From a virus, in the IMG/VR virus record IMGVR_UViG_3300029815_000015, positions 1 to 58,350 of that record: a stretch of 58,350 nucleotides of DNA. One strand, given 5' to 3'. Positions within the stretch are counted from its first letter, which is position 1, and each line of letters begins with the position of its first letter. Shown in pieces: positions 51,650-58,350 of this stretch. The notes beneath the pieces were generated by a model that did not search any database, was not told the DNA's origin, and saw nothing but the letters and a program-made list of their open reading frames with translations. The position numbers were made by a program, and so were the translations under genes.

Positions 51650-51922
51650 ATGATATATCCCTATATCGTAAATAAGAATGGTATTTGGTATGAAGCAGGA
51701 GAAGATGTTCCAGAAAATAATTCAAAAGAGGTGGAGAAATCCACCTCTAGTTTTTCTGAAAATACAAATCTGTCTGATGAGAAATCTTATACCAAAACAG
51801 AAATCAATCGTATGTCTACCGCTGATTTACAAAAACTTGCTAACGAGCAGGGATTTGATAAAGCGGAGGAGATTAGCGGCGCAGATTTAAAGAAAATGTT
51901 GATTGAAAAATTCGGATTATAG
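51650..51922 (+). CDS. Hypothetical head-module protein with Rho-N/SAP-like C-terminus (90 aa)
   Basis: ..MSTADLQKLANEQGFDKAEEISGADLKKMLIEKFGL. Confidence 0.5.
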   Translation: MIYPYIVNKNGIWYEAGEDVPENNSKEVEKSTSSFSENTNLSDEKSYTKTEINRMSTADLQKLANEQGFDKAEEISGADLKKMLIEKFGL

Positions 51923-51933
51923 GAGTTTAAATT

Positions 51934-52284
51934 ATGGATGAAGCAATGGAAGTAGGACTGCAAGAAGAAATTATTGCAGATTTGACAATTGAATATGGAA
52001 ATGAGCCTACGTTTAATGCTGACATAATTTCAGTAAAGGTCAAAGATGCTATACGAGAAGTTAAGAACAGAAGAAACTATCAGGCAACATCTTATACAGA
52101 TGAAGAAGTTGAGAAAGACCTTTACGATAACTACTATTCCGTAATTAAGAATTTGGCAGTATATGATTTTGCACAGATGGGCGCACCATTTGAAAGTAGC
52201 CATAGCGAAAATTCAATTTCAAGGACTTGGGTTAGTCGTGATGATATTTTGAAATGCGTTTACCCATTTGTACAGGTCTTATAG
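51934..52284 (+). CDS. Head-tail connector candidate (116 aa)
   Basis: Size and position after the capsid gene. Confidence 0.4.
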   Translation: MDEAMEVGLQEEIIADLTIEYGNEPTFNADIISVKVKDAIREVKNRRNYQATSYTDEEVEKDLYDNYYSVIKNLAVYDFAQMGAPFESSHSENSISRTWVSRDDILKCVYPFVQVL

Positions 52285-52389
52285 AAGATTGTGCGTGAGT
52301 TGTTTAGAGTATCTAAATTTCTCGCAGGGCGTTTCGTGTAAGCGGTGGAGGGCAACGAAACACTATAATTTGCGGAAAGGCGGTAAGGT

Positions 52390-52707
52390 ATGAATATTGA
52401 GATTGCTTTACTTATTAGCGTTATTTCCGTTTGTTTTTCTGTTTACTTTGGACTAAAGAATAATAAGCGGACAGACACAAAAGATATAGAAGAACGCGTT
52501 AAAGATAACACAAGAATCAATGTAAAACTTGATGATATAGGTCAAGATACTAAAGAGATTAAATCAGAAATATCATCCATGAGGGAAGATATTAAAATGC
52601 ACAATGACAGAATTATTAAAGTTGAAGAAAGTTGCAAGCAGGCTCATCACAGGCTTAACGGACTTGAAGAACGTCTCAACGGAAAGGAAGTAAGAAAAGA
52701 TGGATAG
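52390..52707 (+). CDS. N-terminally membrane-anchored coiled-coil protein (105 aa), possible lysis accessory
   Basis: MNIEIALLISVISVCFSVYFGL, then a charged coiled coil. Directly upstream of the holin gene and overlapping it. Confidence 0.5.
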   Translation: MNIEIALLISVISVCFSVYFGLKNNKRTDTKDIEERVKDNTRINVKLDDIGQDTKEIKSEISSMREDIKMHNDRIIKVEESCKQAHHRLNGLEERLNGKEVRKDG

Positions 52708-52993
52708 TATTATGAGTTATGTAAAACCGGAACTGATTGTAGTAGCAGTTGTTCTGTATATAATCGGTGTCGGAATTAAAAAAATGGATATTATCAAAGA
52801 TAAGTACATTCCTTGTATTTTAGGTGTACTTGGTATTTTGCTTTGTGCGATTTGGGTAATTGCAAATACATCTATCGGAACAGTACCAGAAATGCTTATG
52901 GCAGTGTTTACATCAATTGTTCAGGGTGTCCTTGTTGCCGGATTGAGCGTATACGGAAATCAGCTTATCAAACAAATTAAATCAAGTGAGTAG
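52700..52993 (+). CDS. Holin (Hol44-like)
   Basis: ..PELIVVAVVLYIIGVGIKKMDIIKDKYIPCILGVLGILLCAIW.. Three TM segments, 97 aa. Resembles the Hol44 holin family as I recall it. Confidence 0.7.
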   Translation: MDSIMSYVKPELIVVAVVLYIIGVGIKKMDIIKDKYIPCILGVLGILLCAIWVIANTSIGTVPEMLMAVFTSIVQGVLVAGLSVYGNQLIKQIKSSE

Positions 52994-53005
52994 GTGGTTG
53001 CCTTG

Positions 53006-53443
53006 ATGACGTTGGCATCTAACAAACAAAAAATGTATTATTCGTTGCAAGATGGGCAAATACCGATATATGAAAGTTATACAGATGAAGAAGGAAATGT
53101 AATTTACATTACGGATGATGATGGAAACAAGATTGAAACCGGAGAAACAACAATTGGTTATACAAAACCAGTTGAGGTTAAGGCAAACATCACAAATAAG
53201 TTAAATGAAGTTGTCTGGCAAGACTATGGTATTGATGATAGTACAAACTATGCACAAATCATTGTCAGTAAAGGTTATTTGCCTTTAAAATCCGGTAGCG
53301 TGATTTGGAAGAAGTCAGAAATCGTATACAAGGATGATGATAACACAATTCCAGATGAAAGCAGTGCTGATTACACAGTAAAAGGTGTTGCAGATGAAGG
53401 ATTAAATGAGGACTTGTTCTTGTTAAAAAGAAATATTAAGTAG
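53006..53443 (+). CDS. Head-tail joining protein candidate (145 aa)
   Basis: ATG 53006, 8 nt after AGGTGG. Call is by position only. Confidence 0.35.
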   Translation: MTLASNKQKMYYSLQDGQIPIYESYTDEEGNVIYITDDDGNKIETGETTIGYTKPVEVKANITNKLNEVVWQDYGIDDSTNYAQIIVSKGYLPLKSGSVIWKKSEIVYKDDDNTIPDESSADYTVKGVADEGLNEDLFLLKRNIK

Positions 53444-53458
53444 AAAAGAGGTATTATT

Positions 53459-53710
53459 ATGGAATTAAAAGAGACAGTAGAAATGATGAACAGTGCTGAT
53501 TACAAGGAAAGGTTTAAAGCTGAATATCAGCAGGTTGTTATCAGATACAGAAAACTTAAAGCAATGCTTGATAAGTGGGATAATGGAGAACTTAATTTTA
53601 ATCCTACTTGTCCAAGAAGCACATACAATATGCAGATTAAGGCTATGACAGATTACATTGCAGTTCTTGAAGCAAGGGCAGTAATGGAAAATGTCGATTT
53701 GGGTGAATAA
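53459..53710 (+). CDS. Hypothetical protein (83 aa)
   Basis: Clean ORF, no motif. Confidence 0.5.
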   Translation: MELKETVEMMNSADYKERFKAEYQQVVIRYRKLKAMLDKWDNGELNFNPTCPRSTYNMQIKAMTDYIAVLEARAVMENVDLGE

Positions 53711-54036
53711 TGGAAAAACAGAAAGCAAATATTCTTGGAACAGAATATGTGGTTAAAGAAAAGGAATTAAAAGATGATGATTGCGATGGTTATTGTGATT
53801 ACACAAATCATACAATCGTTATTCGTTCTGACAACTTTAACAATGTTGGAAATTTTAGGAATTTACAAAACAAACAATTAAGGCATGAGATAATTCATGC
53901 TTTTTTAAGTGAGAGTGGCTTGCAATCCAATTTTGAACATTCACGGAAATTTGGTCATGAAGAAACAATAGTTGATTGGTTTGCGATTCAATTTCCAAAG
54001 ATTTTTAAAGTGTTTCAAGAACTTGATATTATGTAG
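53710..54036 (+). CDS. Small HExxH metallopeptidase-like protein, paralogue of 31983..32291
   Basis: ..CDGYCDYTNHTIVIRSD..LRHEIIHAFLSESGL. Same C-x-x-CD..N.TI.I...HEIxH layout as the other copy. Confidence 0.55.
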   Translation: MEKQKANILGTEYVVKEKELKDDDCDGYCDYTNHTIVIRSDNFNNVGNFRNLQNKQLRHEIIHAFLSESGLQSNFEHSRKFGHEETIVDWFAIQFPKIFKVFQELDIM

Positions 54037-54044
54037 GTGGTTTT

Positions 54045-54581
54045 ATGGCAATAAAGACATTTAAAGCTGACTTGTCTGTAAGTGGATTAAATGAACTTAA
54101 AAAGCAACTTTTGCAGTATAGGGATGATTTACCTATTAAATGTAAACAACTTGTTTCTATGCTATTACAAAGTGGTGTAGAGGTTGCCGAAACAAATATA
54201 TCAAAGAGTCCATTAGGAAAGTATGTTACGGTTTCGACAAACATATCTGCTGACAAGATGGGGTGTAACGGTATATTGCTTGCCAAGGGGCAAGTAAAAG
54301 AACAAGATGGCTACGCACCGTTTAGTATTTTGCTTGCTATTGAATTTGGTGCAGGTGTTCATTTTAACCCAACAAAAAATCCATTAGTCGGGAGTAAATT
54401 CCCTTATGGAGTTGGTACATTTCCGGGGCAGACACACGCTTATGACGATATGTGGTGGTACTGGAATGAAAAGGAACAAAAATGGATGCCTACGCATGGT
54501 GTAAAAGCCACTATGCCTATGTATAAATCCGGAAAAGATATAAGAAGCAAAATTATAAAGACGGCAAAAGAAATATTTTGA
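54045..54581 (+). CDS. Tail-module protein (178 aa)
   Basis: Call is by position between connector genes and the major tail protein. Confidence 0.35.
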   Translation: MAIKTFKADLSVSGLNELKKQLLQYRDDLPIKCKQLVSMLLQSGVEVAETNISKSPLGKYVTVSTNISADKMGCNGILLAKGQVKEQDGYAPFSILLAIEFGAGVHFNPTKNPLVGSKFPYGVGTFPGQTHAYDDMWWYWNEKEQKWMPTHGVKATMPMYKSGKDIRSKIIKTAKEIF

Positions 54582-54596
54582 AAGTAGGTGGTACAT

Positions 54597-55010
54597 ATGT
54601 CGGTGGAATGGGATGAATTAGTGCCATCTACTGTATTCACAAGGATAAAAACAAACTTTTCCGATAGTTTGAAAAAAAAATACAAAATGACAGATAAAAA
54701 CTTTTCTTCCGTTGGCAGTAGTAATACACCAGCGGTTTTTCCTTTTGTAAAATTGCAATTGTTACCCGGTTCAGAAATCGGAGAAGATTTAGAGGGTGAT
54801 AAAATCAATGCGGAAAAGTTTTCTTTTCAAATTGATGTGACTGATAATAAATCACAAGCAAGAGCAAAAGAAGTTATAAGAGAAGTTAAGAGAATTATGA
54901 AAACAATGCGTTTTCGTGGTTCTTCAATGCCTACGCAAGATGATACAAAAGATACTTACCGACAAACTGCTAGATTTAGCAGAACAATCGGAAAGAATGA
55001 TATATATTGA
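54597..55010 (+). CDS. Tail-module protein (137 aa)
   Basis: ATG 54597 after AGGTGG. Call is by position. Confidence 0.35.
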   Translation: MSVEWDELVPSTVFTRIKTNFSDSLKKKYKMTDKNFSSVGSSNTPAVFPFVKLQLLPGSEIGEDLEGDKINAEKFSFQIDVTDNKSQARAKEVIREVKRIMKTMRFRGSSMPTQDDTKDTYRQTARFSRTIGKNDIY

Positions 55011-55065
55011 CGTAAATACAAGCCGAAAGGCTTTATTTTTTTATCAAATTTAAGGAGGTAACAAG

Positions 55066-55545
55066 ATGGCTTCAACAAGTTATTTGGCAAGAATTATCTA
55101 CAAAGAACACAGCGAAGATGGATTTGCAGGAACATACAAATTGATGTTACGTGCAAAGTCAATCCCATCGCCAACATCTGCACCGAACACTGTAGAAAGT
55201 ACCACGATGGAGGATGATGCACAGACTTTTGAAATGGGTATTAAACAGTCTGACGCAAAAGAGTTTGTAGGAAACCTTGAAAAAGATGATTTTAGTGCTC
55301 TTTTGAATGTTGAGGGTAAAAAATGCGACATTATTCAGTTGTATGGAACGGATGGCGTTGGTGGTGTTGCCAAAGCAGCATATGTAGGGCAGATTACACC
55401 TACTGTAAATGATGTAGGCGGCGTAGATGAAATTCTTGAAATGACCGCTACCGTTGTTCAGAATACCGTGCCTAAATGGGTTACTGACCAACTTACAGTC
55501 GTTGATAACAAGGATGGTACTTTCACTGTTACAAAAGTGGGGTAA
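55066..55545 (+). CDS. Major tail protein candidate (159 aa)
   Basis: SD AAGGAGGT. Immediately upstream of the G/GT chaperone pair and followed by a hairpin. Confidence 0.55.
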   Translation: MASTSYLARIIYKEHSEDGFAGTYKLMLRAKSIPSPTSAPNTVESTTMEDDAQTFEMGIKQSDAKEFVGNLEKDDFSALLNVEGKKCDIIQLYGTDGVGGVAKAAYVGQITPTVNDVGGVDEILEMTATVVQNTVPKWVTDQLTVVDNKDGTFTVTKVG

Positions 55546-55643
55546 CAAGCTATTCAACGAGAAACACTAAAAAGGCTGTGTTGAGTAGCGAGGATGAAGA
55601 GACAGCCGAACCGGAACTCGAATAATATATGCAGTAAAAAAGA

Positions 55644-55670
55644 GAGCCACCTTTCGGGGTGGCTCCTTTC
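55644..55670 (+). terminator. Hairpin / attenuating terminator after the major tail gene
   Basis: 8-bp stem GAGCCACC/GGTGGCTC, then CTTTCC (weak T-run). Confidence 0.45.
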
Positions 55671-55699
55671 CACTAAAAGTGGGGAAAGGATAAATCATT

Positions 55700-56128
55700 A
55701 TGGAATTAAAAGTTAAAGGTAAGGAATACAAGGTTAGATTTGGATATAACAGTTTCTGCGACACAGATTTGATGGACAGAACAAAGGATTTGCTTGGAAT
55801 TTTTGACAGTGAAGAAGTTGAAAATGACAGTGATGTGGGCGGCATTGGCAAGGTTAAAGAATTGTTTTGCTGTGTTCGTGATTTGCTTTACGTTGGATTT
55901 CAGAAAGAAAATCCAGTTGAGAGCGTTCAGGAAGTAGGAGATATTCTTGACGATTATCACGATGAATCTCCAGATAAAGGAATCCTTGATTTGTTTACGC
56001 AGTTGACTGAGGAATTGATGAGTAAGGGTTTTTTGGGAGACCTGTTAAACCAGATTGGGGAGACAGAGGAAGCATCGGAGAAAGTAGCGAAACTTCCGCA
56101 AGACCACAAGAAGCCACAGAAAAAATAA
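55700..56128 (+). CDS. Tail assembly chaperone G
   Basis: MELKVKGKEYKVRFGYNSF... 142 aa upstream of TMP, ending ..CAG AAA AAA TAA. Confidence 0.7.
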   Translation: MELKVKGKEYKVRFGYNSFCDTDLMDRTKDLLGIFDSEEVENDSDVGGIGKVKELFCCVRDLLYVGFQKENPVESVQEVGDILDDYHDESPDKGILDLFTQLTEELMSKGFLGDLLNQIGETEEASEKVAKLPQDHKKPQKK

Positions 56129-56520
56129 ATAAGTCATACTCGGATTTTATATATGAAGATGCAATACCTCATTATCTTTCCTATGGAGTTTCTTACGATA
56201 GGATTATGGAAAGTTGTCCAAAAGACTTATATCCATATGACAAAGCGCATGAACTCCAGTTAAAAGAACAAGATGAATTGCAGCATATGTGGTGGGGCAA
56301 TTATGGCATATCTGCTTTGATTGTAGCCATAGACAGTTGCTTGAATGGTAAATCAGCAAAATCGGAATATATTAAAAGCCCAATTATGTCAAAAATGTTT
56401 GAAGAAGAATATATAGCAGAAAAAGAAACAGAAGAACAAGATATAAAGAAAGCAATTGAAATTGAAAAACAGTGGATGGCAAGGTCTATAAACAAGGGAT
56501 TGCCAGAAACAATCATATAA
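55700..56520 (+). CDS. Tail assembly chaperone G-T fusion via -1 frameshift at A6 (56120-56125)
   Basis: The -1 frame is open from before the G stop through 56520. An A6 slippery run abuts the TAA stop. This is the conserved G/GT arrangement of long-tailed phages. Confidence 0.6.
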
Positions 56521-56533
56521 GGAGCGTTGAAAA

Positions 56534-57169
56534 ATGAAAAAAAAACATTCAATTAGAATTGACAGAAAAAAGTTACATCCATGGTTAAACTACAAACTTG
56601 GACTTTTGCTAAAAGAGTGTGCAAAAAATGGAATCTATCTGATTATCACAGAGGGATTTCGTACAAAAGCATATCAGGATTCGCTTTATGCAAAGGGAAG
56701 AACAAAGCCGGGCAAGATAGTAACAAATGCTCCGGGAAGTTTTTATTCTTCGCAACACCAGTTGGGAATTGCTTTTGATATTGCAATCAATGATTCTAAA
56801 CTGCTTTATAACGATAAACTGATTAAAAAAGTTGCTAAGATTGCAAAATCAAAGAAAGTTGGTTTGAAATGGGGCGGCGATTGGAAGTCTATTGTTGATA
56901 CCCCACACTTCTACCTTGGCAAGTGGGGAAGTACAACCAAAAAGTTAATGTCCACATATGGCTCTTTTGATAAATTCAAGAAAACATGGACAGGTAAATT
57001 ACGTTGCAACACATATTTGAGAAAAGGACGTTTGTTTACGTCTAAAAAACTTATGACAATTCAAAAAGGTGAAACCGTACGGATTCTGTGGAAATCAAAA
57101 GTAAGCAGAGTTGCCAAAATTGAGTATGCAGGAAAGTACGGTTTTATTAGATTGAAAAATCTTGCGTAA
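56534..57169 (+). CDS. Endolysin: M15 (VanY / L-Ala-D-Glu peptidase-like) with SH3-like C-terminus
   Basis: ..ITEGFRTKAYQDSLYAKGRT..SQHQLGIAFDI..WGGDW..DTPHF (M15 H-D-H layout). C-terminal beta-rich segment. Confidence 0.75.
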   Translation: MKKKHSIRIDRKKLHPWLNYKLGLLLKECAKNGIYLIITEGFRTKAYQDSLYAKGRTKPGKIVTNAPGSFYSSQHQLGIAFDIAINDSKLLYNDKLIKKVAKIAKSKKVGLKWGGDWKSIVDTPHFYLGKWGSTTKKLMSTYGSFDKFKKTWTGKLRCNTYLRKGRLFTSKKLMTIQKGETVRILWKSKVSRVAKIEYAGKYGFIRLKNLA

Positions 57170-57197
57170 TGCAAATGATAGATAGTGAGGTGTTAGT

Positions 57198-58350
57198 ATG
57201 TCAGAAACAGTTAAATCGTTGGATATTAAAATAAATGCAACGGCAAAAAGTGCCAAAGATGAAATTACAAATCTTGTTGGTAAAATTGATGTATTAACAT
57301 CTTCACTGTCTAAGATTAACGGTAGCAATTTAAGTGGACTTGCAAATGGAGTATCAAAACTTGGAAATGCTACCAAAACATTAAGCGGAGTAAAGGCAAC
57401 CGACTACAATAGAATTGCAAAAGGATTTGAGCGTTTTGCGAAAATTGATGTTGGTGGATTATCTCGTACTGCTAGTGGTTTGAATACACTGGCAAATGGT
57501 CTTAACAATCTTGGAAACATTCAGAATCTTGGTGGCATTACATCTGCCGTAAATGCAGTTAAAAACCTTTCAAAAGTGAATATGGCTGGGTTTGATACAT
57601 CCAAAATGACAGAGATTGCAAATTCTGTTTCAGATTTAGCAACCAAACTTAGCGGTGTATCTGCAATTGAAAGCACTGTGACACGTGTTGTGGGTTCGTT
57701 AGCAAGGCTTTCTAATAGCGGTCAGTATATTGGTAATGTAACAACAGAATTTCCGATTTTAGGCGAACAAGTAGTAAAACTGGTAGGCAAATTATCTTCT
57801 GCAAATGCAATTGATATTAGCATTACAAAAGTTGTAGAGGGTATTGCTAAACTTGCAAATGCCGGAAAGCGTGTTGGTGAAACAGTTGCGAAACTTGATA
57901 AACTTGGTAACGGTGTAATGAATTTGTTGAAAAAACTGCAAAATGCACCTCAAATTAACTCAAACGTAGCCAACACAATTCAAGGCCTTGGAAACCTTGC
58001 GTCAAGCGGTAGTAGAATTTCCACTATTTCTGATAGAGCATCAACAAGCACTAAAAAACTTGGAAATGCACTTAGTTCATTGAAAGACAAATTAAAAAGC
58101 GCACATAAATCATCAAAAGGTTTTGTAAGTAGCATCGGTATGTTTTATGCTAAGTTCTTTTTGGTAATTCGTGCTGTAAAGAAATTCGGTCAAGCAATTG
58201 GTTCGGCGCAGGACTACATTGAGGAATTTAACTATTTTTCGGTTGCGCTTGATAAGGTTGGAAAAGACAGTGCTAACCAGTTTAAGAAAGCCGGTTATAA
58301 TAGTGCGGAAGAATATGCAGGAAGTTTCCGTAAAAGATTTGGAAAACTTC
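57198..58350 (+). CDS. Tail tape measure protein, N-terminal part (runs off the window end and continues at nt 82)
   Basis: ATG after GAGGTG with no stop to the end of the window. Repetitive ..LGN..K..L.. segments. In phase with 1..3359. Confidence 0.85.
   Translation, partial: MSETVKSLDIKINATAKSAKDEITNLVGKIDVLTSSLSKINGSNLSGLANGVSKLGNATKTLSGVKATDYNRIAKGFERFAKIDVGGLSRTASGLNTLANGLNNLGNIQNLGGITSAVNAVKNLSKVNMAGFDTSKMTEIANSVSDLATKLSGVSAIESTVTRVVGSLARLSNSGQYIGNVTTEFPILGEQVVKLVGKLSSANAIDISITKVVEGIAKLANAGKRVGETVAKLDKLGNGVMNLLKKLQNAPQINSNVANTIQGLGNLASSGSRISTISDRASTSTKKLGNALSSLKDKLKSAHKSSKGFVSSIGMFYAKFFLVIRAVKKFGQAIGSAQDYIEEFNYFSVALDKVGKDSANQFKKAGYNSAEEYAGSFRKRFGKL
58270..58350 (+). repeat. 81-nt terminal overlap identical to nt 1-81
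   Basis: Compared base by base. The copies are identical. Confidence 0.97.

Overview
The window is a complete, circularly permuted phage genome. Nt 1-81 are repeated verbatim at 58270-58350, so the unit length is 58,269 bp, and the tape-measure gene runs across the junction. It looks like a temperate dsDNA phage with a long non-contractile tail: tape measure, G/GT chaperone pair and major tail protein are present, and no sheath gene. The host is probably an AT-rich Gram-positive, Clostridia-like organism, judged from AAGGAGG-type Shine-Dalgarno sites, gene content and a Tn916-type integrase. Almost all genes are on the + strand. Gene order:
- TMP C-terminus and tail fibre
- cI/cro-type switch and antirepressor
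- recombination/replication block: Rad50/SbcC-like ATPase, RecT, HNH, broken MBL hydrolase, SSB, ERCC4 nuclease, replisome organiser, primase-helicase
- split multi-TRD C5-methyltransferase
- about 20 small Zn-ribbon or unknown genes
- Xis-like gene, tyrosine integrase and attP-like repeats
- cargo operon of low-complexity proteins
- HExxH protein and membrane Zn-ribbon paralogues
- second antirepressor block
- GC-richer minus-strand island with a small tyrosine recombinase
- iteron array and terS-like gene
- about 750 nt of ORF-free, highly structured DNA with tRNA-like modules
- minimal ligase, intein-containing terL, portal, scaffold, capsid, connectors
- holin, tail genes, G/GT, M15 endolysin, TMP N-terminus

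Most interesting observations:
1. An (AGAGC)6 contingency tract in the methyltransferase sits in front of two overlapping, differently framed target-recognition modules.
2. A promoter- and terminator-delimited ~380-nt ORF-poor antisense unit lies inside the immunity switch.
3. The ~750-nt structured region carries two non-canonical tRNA-like elements, and a third acceptor/T-arm minihelix lies elsewhere.
4. terL contains a class-3-like (Leu1, W-C-T) LAGLIDADG intein.
5. An MBL hydrolase gene is broken by 5 nt inside HxHxDH in a GGT-TAG-GGA context that would allow a ribosomal hop.

All functional calls rest on motifs read by eye. No database search was possible.
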